A DNA stretch of 63,432 nt, filler included, from an uncultured bacterium (GTDB lineage Bacteria; CAYJRR01), in NCBI GenBank assembly GCA_964372275.1. It is 4 parts of 4 records of this genome, joined end to end, with 100 filler letters (N's around TTAATTAATTAA, not from the genome) between each part and the next. Parts side by side here need not be neighbours in the genome. Positions count along the whole stretch, not along the records: positions 32,009 to 47,761 come from CAYJRR010000106.1; 3 more parts are not named here. The stretch is one strand, 5' to 3'. Below the pieces are notes generated by a model. The model was given only the letters and a program-made list of their open reading frames with translations, searched no databases and was not told the DNA's origin. Below are positions 32,746-41,929 of the stretch, piece after piece; the first letter of the stretch is position 1, and each line of letters begins with the position of its first letter. The translations under genes were made by a program, and so were the position numbers.

Positions 32746-33015
32746 GTCTCCCAACGCACGGGCGCCCCGCTCGATCGCGCCTCCTTGGCGAACGCTCCAC
32801 ATGGCTTTAACGCGAGGACTCCCTTCTCCCTTCGTGCTCGTCGTTCGATCGACGAATCGGCGCGAGCGCGAAGCCCGTAAGAAGTGCGGCGGAGCCTACA
32901 GCGATCCGTTCGAGCGATTCAAGACTCGAAAAAGCGCGCGCGCGATCGAATCGGCGCTTGACGACCGCGAGAGCCTCGTGCTTCGTATGCACCCTTTCAT
33001 TCGAGGGTTCTTTCG

Positions 33016-33171
33016 ATGGCGTCCAAGCGCACCTTCCAACCGCACAACCTCCGCCGGAAGCGCACCCACGGCTTCCTATCGCGGATGAAGACCAAGAACG
33101 GTCGCGCGGTGATCAACCGGCGTCGCGCCAAGGGCCGCAAGCGGCTCGCGCCGGTCGCCTACAAGAAGTAG
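33016..33171 (+). CDS. rpmH: 50S ribosomal protein L34 (51 aa, below ORF-track cutoff)
   Basis: Manual translation [51 protein letters not shown]. Confidence 0.97.
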   Translation: MASKRTFQPHNLRRKRTHGFLSRMKTKNGRAVINRRRAKGRKRLAPVAYKK

Positions 33172-33183
33172 GCGGCATTCGCG

Positions 33184-33570
33184 GTGACCGATTGCCGCGA
33201 GGCCTTTCCGAAAGGGAGGCGTCTCCGCCGTCCGCCCGATTTCGATCGCGTCCTCGACGGACCGGGAGCGGCGCGCGCCTCGGGACGCCACTTCCTGGTG
33301 GTCGCGCGGCGAGGGGAAGAGCCCCGGGGGCGCCTTGGGATCGTGGCCAGCCGTCGTGTAGGATCGTCCGTTCATCGCAATCGCGTGAAGCGTCGCGTGC
33401 GCGAGTGGTTCCGGAGGGGCCCGGCGGTGGGACCGTACGACGTGGCGGTGATCGTGAAAGTGGGGGCCGAGGCGCTCGACGCGCGCCGCACGGCCGAGGA
33501 GCTTTCCGAGCTCGTCGCGCGGGCGACGGCGCGCGCGGCGCGCGAGACGGCGGGGAGGGAGCGCGGGTGA
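33184..33570 (+). CDS. rnpA: Ribonuclease P protein component
   Basis: RLGIVASRRVGSSVHRNRVKRRVRE (RNR motif); synteny. Confidence 0.93.
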   Translation: MTDCREAFPKGRRLRRPPDFDRVLDGPGAARASGRHFLVVARRGEEPRGRLGIVASRRVGSSVHRNRVKRRVREWFRRGPAVGPYDVAVIVKVGAEALDARRTAEELSELVARATARAARETAGRERG

Positions 33571-33794
33571 CGGCTCTCCCCAACCGGCCGGTCGTCTGGG
33601 CGCTCGGTCTCTACAAGCGTCTGCTCTCGCCCTGGCTGCCGCCGGCCTGCCGGTTCGAACCGACCTGTTCGGCCTACGCCACCGACTGTTTTCGCCAGCT
33701 CCCCTTCCTCCGCGCCGTGGGACACAGTCTGCGGCGTCTTTCGCGTTGCCACCCCTTCCATCCCGGGGGATACGATCCCGCCCCCGGCGCCTGA
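33567..33794 (+). CDS. yidD: Membrane protein insertion efficiency factor
   Basis: SPWLPPACRFEPTCSAY..RCHPFHPGGYDP; GTGA overlap with rnpA. Confidence 0.92.
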   Translation: MTALPNRPVVWALGLYKRLLSPWLPPACRFEPTCSAYATDCFRQLPFLRAVGHSLRRLSRCHPFHPGGYDPAPGA

Positions 33795-33799
33795 CACCC

Positions 33800-35560
33800 A
33801 TGGACTCCCAGACACCCGACCGAAGACCGCTGATCGCCATCCTGCTGTGCGCCCTGCTGTGGGCGGTCTGGATGCAGATCTCCACCTCCCGGCAGCTTCG
33901 CTATCGCCAGGCGCAGGAGGAGGCGCGCAAGCAGGCCGTCGCGGAGGCGGCGATCGCGGCGCGCGTCGCCGGGACGGCGGGGCAGGCCGTCGCCGCGGGA
34001 CCCTCGGGCGCGGGAACCGGGCCGGGCGCGACCGCCTCGCCGGGCGGTTCCGGAGCGCCGCCCACACCGCCGACGCCGGCCGCCGCGCCCGAGACGACGT
34101 CGGAGCTCTCCAACCGCGTGCTGTCGCTCGTCGTCTCGAGCCGCGGCGCGCGCCCGATCGCGGCCGACCTGCGGGAGTACCGCGAGGCGGTAGGGCGCGC
34201 AAAGGAGGCGGAGCAGGTGCACCTGGTCCACCCGTCGATCGACGGGACCGACCGTTTCGTCCCCCTGGCGCCGTGGTTCGGCGACGCGACGGCGTCGAAG
34301 ATTCGGGCCGACAGTCCGTTCGAGACGGTCGCCGCCGACACCGGACGCGCGACCTTCCGGTTCGTGGGCGCCGACGGGCTGGAGCTGGTTCGCACCTACG
34401 AGTCGACCGGAAGCGACTACCTGGTGACGGTCACCGAGGCGTGGAGCAACCGCGGCACGCAGCCGATCACCGGACGATTCGGCGTCGTATGGGCGGCCAA
34501 CCTGAAGGGGAAGGAGGCCGGTCCGGCGGGCGAGCTCACCACCGCGGCGGGGGTTGCCGAACGCGGAATCTCCAAGAATCCGAAGAAACCGGGCGAGCCG
34601 CTGGTCTACAGCGGGCTCGTCGACTGGGTGGCGGTCGAGGATCGCTACTTCGTCGCCGCGGCGGTGCCGGTCGAGCCGCGCTACGACCAGACCGATGCGG
34701 TGCGATTCTTCCGGCCGTCGCCGGAGGCGGTCGCCGCGCTGGCGCTCGGGGCGGAGACGACCCTGGCGCCCGGGGAGACGCGGACGCAGACGCTGAAGCT
34801 CTACTTGGGTCCGAAGGACTACACGGTGCTGCGCGCCGCGGGGCATCACCTGGATCGCACGATCGCCTGGGGCGGGGTGGTGGCGCCGATCACCAAGGGG
34901 CTGTGGCACGCGCTGCGCTGGCTGCACGGTTGGGTGAAGAACTGGGGGGTGGCGATCATCGTCCTGACCTTCATCATCCGGGGCCTGATGGCGCCGCTGG
35001 CGGCGAAGCAGATGAAGATGGCGAACGAGTTCTCGGCGAAGTCGGCCAAGCTCAAGCCCCAGCTCGACCGCCTGCGCGAAAAGTACAAGGACGATGCGAT
35101 GGCGATGAACCGGGAGACGATGCTGCTCTACAAGCAGCACGGGCTCTCGCCGTTCTCGCCGCTGGCGGGATGCTTGCCGATCCTGGTACAGATGCCGATC
35201 TGGTGGGCGCTCTATCGCGTGCTCTACACCTCGATCGACCTCCGTCAGGCGCCGTTCGCGCTCTGGATCCAGGACCTGTCGACCCCCGACCCGTACAAGG
35301 TCCTTCCGGTGCTGCTCGGGGCGGTGACGTTCGTGCAGATGAAGCTGACGCCGAACACGGGGGCCGATCCGGCGCAGCAGAAGATGATGCTCTACATGAT
35401 GCCCGTGATGTTCACCGTGATGATGTTGAACCTGCCGTCGGGGCTGGTGCTCTACATCTTCACCAGCACGTTGATGGGGATCGCGCAGCAGTGGTACCTG
35501 AAGCGGGAGATGCCGCCGACCGAAGGGCCGCGCCCGGTGCCCGCGCGTGGGGAGACCTGA
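33800..35560 (+). CDS. yidC: Membrane protein insertase YidC
   Basis: NWGVAIIVLT, GCLPILVQMPI, WIQDLS.PDP, LPSGLVLY. Confidence 0.95.
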   Translation: MDSQTPDRRPLIAILLCALLWAVWMQISTSRQLRYRQAQEEARKQAVAEAAIAARVAGTAGQAVAAGPSGAGTGPGATASPGGSGAPPTPPTPAAAPETTSELSNRVLSLVVSSRGARPIAADLREYREAVGRAKEAEQVHLVHPSIDGTDRFVPLAPWFGDATASKIRADSPFETVAADTGRATFRFVGADGLELVRTYESTGSDYLVTVTEAWSNRGTQPITGRFGVVWAANLKGKEAGPAGELTTAAGVAERGISKNPKKPGEPLVYSGLVDWVAVEDRYFVAAAVPVEPRYDQTDAVRFFRPSPEAVAALALGAETTLAPGETRTQTLKLYLGPKDYTVLRAAGHHLDRTIAWGGVVAPITKGLWHALRWLHGWVKNWGVAIIVLTFIIRGLMAPLAAKQMKMANEFSAKSAKLKPQLDRLREKYKDDAMAMNRETMLLYKQHGLSPFSPLAGCLPILVQMPIWWALYRVLYTSIDLRQAPFALWIQDLSTPDPYKVLPVLLGAVTFVQMKLTPNTGADPAQQKMMLYMMPVMFTVMMLNLPSGLVLYIFTSTLMGIAQQWYLKREMPPTEGPRPVPARGET

Positions 35561-35565
35561 AGACG

Positions 35566-35901
35566 ATGTCGAAGACCCTCCGAGGAAATCTCTTTTCGCT
35601 TCTCGCCGTGACCGCGATCGCCGCCGGTCTGGGTACGTTCCTGGGACGCACCCACGCGCAGGTCCCGCCCGCCGCGCCCCCTCCCGTTCCGTCGGCGCCC
35701 GCTCCGGCCGCCTCCGCCGCCGCACCGGTCACGACCGCGCGCCTCACGGCCGCCGCCGTCCCCGGGACGCTTACCGTCACCCGCCTCACCGACACCAGCT
35801 TCGTGGTGGTCAAGGACCAAGGGGACGCGCAGCTGGTCACGCTCTTCTCGACGGAGGGGGGGCTGGTCCAGAAGAAGCACTCCGGACGTTTCTTCTACTG
35901 A
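35566..35901 (+). CDS. Small exported hypothetical protein
   Basis: Signal-like N terminus ending HAQ, Pro/Ala linker, short beta-rich C terminus; ATG 5 nt after the yidC stop. Confidence 0.65.
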   Translation: MSKTLRGNLFSLLAVTAIAAGLGTFLGRTHAQVPPAAPPPVPSAPAPAASAAAPVTTARLTAAAVPGTLTVTRLTDTSFVVVKDQGDAQLVTLFSTEGGLVQKKHSGRFFY

Positions 35902-35902
35902 C

Positions 35903-36010
35903 GGCTCGGCTCGATTCGGTTCGGATTCGGTTGCCGAGACCGATACCGATCGGAACCGATTCGGTAACGGGACCCGACTCCGATCCGATCGGATCCGACC
36001 CGACCCGGCT
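35903..36010. repeat. Degenerate TCGG/CCGA 5-6 nt repeat tract
   Basis: tcggctcgattcggttcggattcggt...ccgagaccgataccga...ccgactccgatccgatcggatccgacccgacccgg. Confidence 0.7.
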
Positions 36011-36015
36011 CTCTC

Positions 36016-37383
36016 ATGACCGCCACGGACACCATCGCCGCGATCGCCACCCCGCCCGGCGCCGGGGCGCTCTCGATCGTCCGCCTCTCCGGGCCGCGGG
36101 CACGGGAGATTTCAACGAGGCTATTCGTTCTCCACGACGACTGGCCGCCGAGAGCGGTTCGGCGCGTCACGCTGCGGACGATCGGCGGCGAGGCGATCGA
36201 CGACGGGCTGGCCTGGTGGGCCCCCGCGCCGACGACCTTCACCGGGGAGGAGGTGGTCGAGTTCACCGGCCACGGCGGCGCGCGCGTTACCGCGCGGTCG
36301 CTCGCCGCCTTCCTGGAGGCCGGGTGCCGTCCCGCCGAGCCCGGCGAGTTCACGCGGCGCGCCTTCCTCCACGGGCGGCTCGACCTGGCCGAGGCGGAGG
36401 CGGTCGCCGACCTGATCGCCGCGTCGACCGACGAGGCGCTGCGGATCGCGCGCGCGCAGCTCGCCGGCGGACTGTCGGAACGGATCGCCGCGCTACGCGA
36501 CGAGACGCTCGACACGCTGGCGCACGTCGAGGCGGCCGTCGACTTCCCCGACGAGGCGCTCCATCCCGACGGCAACGAGACGATTGCGGCGCGATTCGCG
36601 AGGACGGCCGACGCGTGCGGACGCCTGGCCGAGACCTTCGCGCGCGGCCGGCTCTACCGGGAGGGGGCGACGGTGGTGCTCGCCGGCCGGCCCAACGTCG
36701 GCAAGTCGAGCCTCCTGAACGCGCTCGCCGGCCGGGAGCGGGCGATCGTCACCGACGAGCCGGGAACGACGCGCGACGTCGTCGAGGAGCCGCTGGAGAT
36801 GGGGGGGATCCCGGTGCTCTTGTCGGACACCGCGGGGATCCGCGCCGTCGCCGAGGACGGCGACGTGGGCCTCGCCGAGGCGGAGGGGATCCGCCGATCG
36901 CGCGCCGCCGCCGCGGGCGCCGACCTGGTGCTGTTCGTCTTCGACGCCGGCGCGGGGTTCGGTCGCGAGGACGCGCGAGCCGCGGAGCAGGTGGCCGGGC
37001 GTCCCACCGTGGTCGTGGCCAACAAGTGCGATCTCCCGCCGGCCCCGGCCGGCTCGCCACTGGCCGAAGGGGCGCTGCCCGTTTCCGCGCGCACCGGCGC
37101 CGGCCTCGACCGCCTGCGCGAGGCGATCCGCGCGCGTCTGGCCGGAACGGGCGCGACAGAGTCGGACGGCGTGGTGATCACCCGCGCCCGTCACCGAGAC
37201 GCGCTCGCGCGCGCGAACGGCTTCCTGTCGACCGCCGCCGACGCCGCGCGCCGCGGCCTCTCCCCCGATTTGATCGCCAGCGATGCGCGCCGCGGCCTCG
37301 ACGCCCTCGGCGAGATCACCGGACGCGTGACGACCGACGACCTCCTCGGCCGCGTCTTCGAACGCTTCTGCGTCGGCAAGTAG
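36016..37383 (+). CDS. mnmE: tRNA modification GTPase MnmE
   Basis: DTIAAIATP, GEFTRRAF, GRPNVGKSS, GTTRD, DTAG, NKCD, FCVGK. Confidence 0.96.
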   Translation: MTATDTIAAIATPPGAGALSIVRLSGPRAREISTRLFVLHDDWPPRAVRRVTLRTIGGEAIDDGLAWWAPAPTTFTGEEVVEFTGHGGARVTARSLAAFLEAGCRPAEPGEFTRRAFLHGRLDLAEAEAVADLIAASTDEALRIARAQLAGGLSERIAALRDETLDTLAHVEAAVDFPDEALHPDGNETIAARFARTADACGRLAETFARGRLYREGATVVLAGRPNVGKSSLLNALAGRERAIVTDEPGTTRDVVEEPLEMGGIPVLLSDTAGIRAVAEDGDVGLAEAEGIRRSRAAAAGADLVLFVFDAGAGFGREDARAAEQVAGRPTVVVANKCDLPPAPAGSPLAEGALPVSARTGAGLDRLREAIRARLAGTGATESDGVVITRARHRDALARANGFLSTAADAARRGLSPDLIASDARRGLDALGEITGRVTTDDLLGRVFERFCVGK

Positions 37384-37464
37384 TCCGCCCTTCGGGCCCC
37401 CTCGGGGATCGTTGCGCGCCTTCGCGCTCCCCGGGGGAGTCTCCGCCGGCCCGCCTGCCGACCC

Positions 37465-38520
37465 CTAGAAGCTCGAGCTTCCGCCGATCACCACGTCGAC
37501 GCCGCCGCGGACCTCTTCGACGGTGACGTTCGGCATCTTGCCGTCGCCGGTGACGTCGTTGAGGGTGATCATCACGCGCGAGATCGGGACGCTCCCGTCC
37601 GGATTGGAGATGAAGCGGCCGCCGAGCTCCTTGACCATCGAGGTTGCGCCGGGGATCGGCGATGGGCTTCCGCCCGGCATGTCGGTTTCCTCGAGATCGA
37701 GCCAGATGCGGTTCGGATTGCGCAGCTTCAACATCCGGTATCGCGGCTTGCCGACCGTCTCGACGTGGATCACCGAGCGATCTCCGTTCTGCCGCTGCGA
37801 GACGCGCACGATCGACGGGCTCTTGGTGGAGCTGGGGAAGACGATCTCGCCGGCGGCCGCCAGCGGCGCGGCCATCGCCACCGGGGCCGGCGGCGGCGGA
37901 GGAGGCTCCGCGGCGAAGGTGGAGTCGCTGCCGATCGAGTCGAGCGACGGCGCCGGCGCCGCCGGCTCGTCGAAGGTCGGTTCGGGCGGCGGCGGAGGCG
38001 GCGGCGCCGAGGCGGCGATCGCCTTCTTCGCCTTGGTCGGAGGCGGGGTGAAGGTCTCCTCGACGAAGCTGCTCGGGTTGTCGTCGAACGACGGTGGCGG
38101 GGGCGGCGCGGAGGAGACCGCGCCCGACGCGCTTGCGCGGCGAGCCGGCGGTTCGGCGGCGACGGGAGCGGCGCTCCCCCCTCCGCCAAATACGCGCCCG
38201 CTGTCGGCCGGCGGTTCCGAGACGGGAAGAGGAGCGGAGACCGGCGGCGGCGCCAGAGCGACCTCGGTTCCGGGGGCGGCTGCGACCGCCGCGGCGCCGT
38301 CGACCGCGGCCGGAATCTCGCCGAGCGGGGCCACCGCGGGGACGACCCCCATCGCGTCGGTCGGCGGGGCTCCGACCGCGCCGCTGGCGTCGGCGGTCAC
38401 GGCCGCCGGGTCCTCGATGATCACGTCGGCGGTTGCCGGCCCGCGCTGGCGCAGCCATCCAACCGCGACACCGCCGACCAGACAGACGAACAGGATCCCG
38501 ATGTAGACGAACTTTTTCAT
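37465..38520 (-). CDS. Membrane-anchored protein with long Pro/Ala linker and C-terminal AMIN domain
   Basis: N-terminal TM segment; YRMLKLRNPNRIWLDL is AMIN-like. Confidence 0.7.
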   Translation of the reverse strand: MKKFVYIGILFVCLVGGVAVGWLRQRGPATADVIIEDPAAVTADASGAVGAPPTDAMGVVPAVAPLGEIPAAVDGAAAVAAAPGTEVALAPPPVSAPLPVSEPPADSGRVFGGGGSAAPVAAEPPARRASASGAVSSAPPPPPSFDDNPSSFVEETFTPPPTKAKKAIAASAPPPPPPPEPTFDEPAAPAPSLDSIGSDSTFAAEPPPPPPAPVAMAAPLAAAGEIVFPSSTKSPSIVRVSQRQNGDRSVIHVETVGKPRYRMLKLRNPNRIWLDLEETDMPGGSPSPIPGATSMVKELGGRFISNPDGSVPISRVMITLNDVTGDGKMPNVTVEEVRGGVDVVIGGSSSF

Positions 38521-38663
38521 GGACGACCGGCCCTCCGAGCCTACGACTTGAAGACGACCGACACCGCCGACCCGACGCGGGTTTCCGAAAACCCGCCAAC
38601 GCCCTTAAGCCTAGATAGGATAAAGGAACTTCGCCTCCGCCACCAAGAAATGCGAAAACATTT

Positions 38664-40460
38664 TCAAATACGAGGCTTGGGAGGCGAAGGGATCCGGATT
38701 GCGAAGCAGGCCCCCTCCCCCGGGCGGCTCTCCACACCGATTTCGGCCCCGTGTTCGGCGACGATCCGGTGGACGATCGCCAGGCCCAGGCCGGTTCCGT
38801 GGGCCTTGGTCGTGAAGTAGGGGGTGAACAGCCGTTCGCGCGCGTCGTCGGGGATCCCGGGCCCGTCATCGTCGACGGTCAGCTCGACGCCGTCGTTCGT
38901 GCGGCCCGTTCGGACGACGATCGATCCGCGCTCGCCGACCGCGTCGGCCGCGTTCGCCACCAGGTTCAGCACGGCGCGGGACATCTGCTCGCGGTCGACG
39001 TCGATCGGAGGCAGTCCGTCGGCCAGCTCGGTTCGGAGCGCGACCCCGGCCGGCAGACCGGAGAAGAGTCGAAGCGCCGAGCGGACGACGTCGTTCAGAT
39101 CGGCCGGCTCGAGCCGTGGCTCCGGCATCCGCGCGAACTCGGAGAACTCCCGTACCAGCCGCTTGAGGGAGTCGACCTCTTCCAGGATCGCCTGCGCCGA
39201 CTCCTCGAAGATCTCGTCGAAGGCGGCGTGTTTTTCGCGGTGCGCGCGGCGCGTCGTCTCCACCGCGAGCTGGATCGGGGTGAGGGGGTTCTTGATCTCG
39301 TGCGCGATGCGTTGGGCGATCTCGCGCCACGCGGCGATCCGTTCGCTGCGCACCAGCCGGCCGCGCGACTCGCGCAGGTCGGTCGCCATGGCGTTGAAGG
39401 CGTCGACCAGGGCCGTCAGCTCGTCCTTCCGATCGCGCTCGACGACGACGCGGTGATCGAGGTCCCCGGCGGCGAGGGCCCGCGCGCCGTCGGCCAGCGC
39501 GGCGATCGGCGTGGCGAGCCGCCGCGCCAGCACCGAGGCGGCGACGAGCGATCCGCCGAGGAGCGCCACGGCGATCAGCACGAACGAGAGGAAGAGTGAG
39601 CGTCGGGCGGCGCGGGCCTCGTCGGTGCGACCCAGTCGCAGGACGACCTGCCGAGCCGATCCGGGGATGTCGCCGTCGTCGAACGACGGAAGGAGGGGCA
39701 GCGTCCGTTCGAGGACGATCTCGCGCGCCGCCGTGCGGTCGGCGCCGGCGGAGGCGGTCGTCGTCGCTCCGGAAGCGCCGTCCGAGGGGGGGCCGACCGC
39801 GGGTCCGTGCGACAGCGCGATCTCCACGAACGCCGGATTGCCCGCCATCGCCCGCAGCGTTTCGGGGCGGTCGAGGAACTGCCCGACGACCAGCGCCAGT
39901 CCCGGCTCGGGGACGCGGTCGACGCGCCGTGTATGGACCCATGCCAGCCGCGCGATCGGCCGGCCGTCGGGCCCCAGCGCCGATCCGTCGCTCGCCGGCG
40001 ATTCGATCCGCGCCGGTCCGGTCCGGCCGGTGCGTCCCGGCGCGGCCCCACGGTCGACGCGCGAGAGGGAGCTCGCCGGCCAGTGCGCCGACGCGAGAAC
40101 CCGGCCGTCGGTCCGAACCAGATCGAGGACCTCCAGGCCACGCCGGGCCGCCTCGTCGGAGACGAAGTCGAGGAGCGCCCGAAGCGCCTGCGGCGATCCC
40201 GTCCCTGCCACGAGGTCCAGCGGTTCCCCCTCCGACTCCAGACGCAGCAGCCGCTCCTCGATGTCGGCGGCGGCCGCCTCCAGCGCGCGTGAGGCGCGAT
40301 CGCGGCTCTCCTCCCACGCCGAGGCGGCGAGCGTCGCCTGGACGCGGCGCGCCTCCCGCCCGGAGGTCGAGAGCGCCGCCAGCGCGGCGACGAACAGCCC
40401 GCCGGCCGAGACGAGCGCCACCGACGAGAGGCTCCACGCCAAGCGTGCCCGCAGCGTCAC
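38664..40460 (-). CDS. HAMP sensor histidine kinase (NtrY-like)
   Basis: Two TM segments, HAMP, AWREIAQRIAHEIKNPLTP, NLVANA, DDGPG, GTGLGL; GTG overlaps the upstream stop. Confidence 0.9.
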   Translation of the reverse strand: MTLRARLAWSLSSVALVSAGGLFVAALAALSTSGREARRVQATLAASAWEESRDRASRALEAAAADIEERLLRLESEGEPLDLVAGTGSPQALRALLDFVSDEAARRGLEVLDLVRTDGRVLASAHWPASSLSRVDRGAAPGRTGRTGPARIESPASDGSALGPDGRPIARLAWVHTRRVDRVPEPGLALVVGQFLDRPETLRAMAGNPAFVEIALSHGPAVGPPSDGASGATTTASAGADRTAAREIVLERTLPLLPSFDDGDIPGSARQVVLRLGRTDEARAARRSLFLSFVLIAVALLGGSLVAASVLARRLATPIAALADGARALAAGDLDHRVVVERDRKDELTALVDAFNAMATDLRESRGRLVRSERIAAWREIAQRIAHEIKNPLTPIQLAVETTRRAHREKHAAFDEIFEESAQAILEEVDSLKRLVREFSEFARMPEPRLEPADLNDVVRSALRLFSGLPAGVALRTELADGLPPIDVDREQMSRAVLNLVANAADAVGERGSIVVRTGRTNDGVELTVDDDGPGIPDDARERLFTPYFTTKAHGTGLGLAIVHRIVAEHGAEIGVESRPGEGACFAIRIPSPPKPRI

Positions 40461-41929
40461 GTGGGCCCCGGAAGGCCGACCTCGGCCCAGTCGACCGTTC
40501 CGAGCGCGCCGACCGACAGCCCCTCGACGGCGGGCGCCACCTTCAACAGGCGCCGTGGGTGGACCAGCGGAACGATCCGACCCGCCGCGCGGACGCGGTC
40601 GTCGGCGGCGCGCGCGGCCGACGTGCGGGCGGCCGGGTCGGCAATCGCCGCGAGCGCGCGGAGCTCGTTCTCGGCGGCGTCGACGCCGATCGCCGGATGG
40701 CGCGTCATCGACTCCAACGCGAAACCGGGATCGGAATCGGTGGGCACCCATTCCATCAGGAGCAGGTCCCAGCGGTCGTTGTCGGCGAACGACGTGATCG
40801 CCTCGGGACGTCTCCACCCGACGGTGGCCGCGACGCCGGCACCGCGCAGGTCCCAGACCAACCGGTCGGCGATCTTGCGCAGGTCGGCCGAACCGTCGAG
40901 CGCGATCAGCGTCAGCGGCGTCGCGGGGCCTCCTCTCGGGGGGCGCGGGTTCGGCTCGCCCGCCGTCGGTACGCCCCCGGCCGGCGCGCCCAGGGCAGGC
41001 GCGCCCGCGGTCGCCGGCGAGACGAGCGGTCCGAGGGATCCCGGCGGCAGGAGCGTCGACGCGGGCCGGGCACGCCCGCCGAGGAACACCTCGGAGAGCA
41101 GTTTCCGATCCGGCGCCGCGGCGATCCGCGCGCGGAGGTCGGGCGGGAGGCGCGGCGAGAGCATCAGCAGCACCGTTGCGCCGACGTCGGCGGCGATCGA
41201 TGCCGCGGAGGCGTCGCCCGCCGCGATCACCTGCGCCTGTCCTTTGCGAAAGTGGGCGGCGGCGTCGCGGTCGTCGGCGACGATCAGGCGGTCGAGATAC
41301 GGCCGTCCGGCCGGACAGCGGGGGTTCGCGACCAGCACGCCCGCGACGCCCGCCGCGGGTCCGGCCTCGGGAGCGAACGCCCCCGCGCCGACCGGAAGGC
41401 CGTCGGCGAGGCGGACGATCGCGGAACCGACGTCGGCCAGACGGAGCGGCAGGTCGGGCGCCGGCACGGCCGCGTCGATCTCGACGCGGTTCGAACCGGT
41501 GGCACGCGCGGCGGCCAGCGACGCGGGCAGGCGTCCGCCGACCTGGACGGCGCGGCGGAGCGATTCGACGACCGCCTCCGCGGTGATCGGGGTGCCGTCG
41601 GCGAAGGCGATCCCCGGCCGCAGCGCGATCGACCAGCGACGCGCGTCCGACGATGCGGTTGCCGACTCGGCGAGCATCGGCAGCGCGCGGCCGAGCCGGT
41701 CGCGCCGAAAGAGCGTGGCGTGGATCGCCGCCGCCACCTCGCGCGCGATCCGCGTTCGCGCGCGGTGCGGGTCGTGGGAGTCCTGCGCGGCCGCGGCGTC
41801 GACGATCGCCGCGGTGAGCGTCCCGCCGAAGGCTCGAAACCGCGCGCCGCGCGCCGATCGCAGACGCGGGAGGCGGGCCGTGCCGAGACAGGCCAGGCCG
41901 GCGGCGCGCGCGAAGGTCCGGCGGTTCAC
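40457..41929 (-). CDS. Family 5 solute-binding-protein-like protein with twin-arginine signal
   Basis: NRRTF Tat-like motif; LRPGIAFADGTPITAEAV, VGAGAF, GRPYLDRL. Confidence 0.65.
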   Translation of the reverse strand: MNRRTFARAAGLACLGTARLPRLRSARGARFRAFGGTLTAAIVDAAAAQDSHDPHRARTRIAREVAAAIHATLFRRDRLGRALPMLAESATASSDARRWSIALRPGIAFADGTPITAEAVVESLRRAVQVGGRLPASLAAARATGSNRVEIDAAVPAPDLPLRLADVGSAIVRLADGLPVGAGAFAPEAGPAAGVAGVLVANPRCPAGRPYLDRLIVADDRDAAAHFRKGQAQVIAAGDASAASIAADVGATVLLMLSPRLPPDLRARIAAAPDRKLLSEVFLGGRARPASTLLPPGSLGPLVSPATAGAPALGAPAGGVPTAGEPNPRPPRGGPATPLTLIALDGSADLRKIADRLVWDLRGAGVAATVGWRRPEAITSFADNDRWDLLLMEWVPTDSDPGFALESMTRHPAIGVDAAENELRALAAIADPAARTSAARAADDRVRAAGRIVPLVHPRRLLKVAPAVEGLSVGALGTVDWAEVGLPGPT

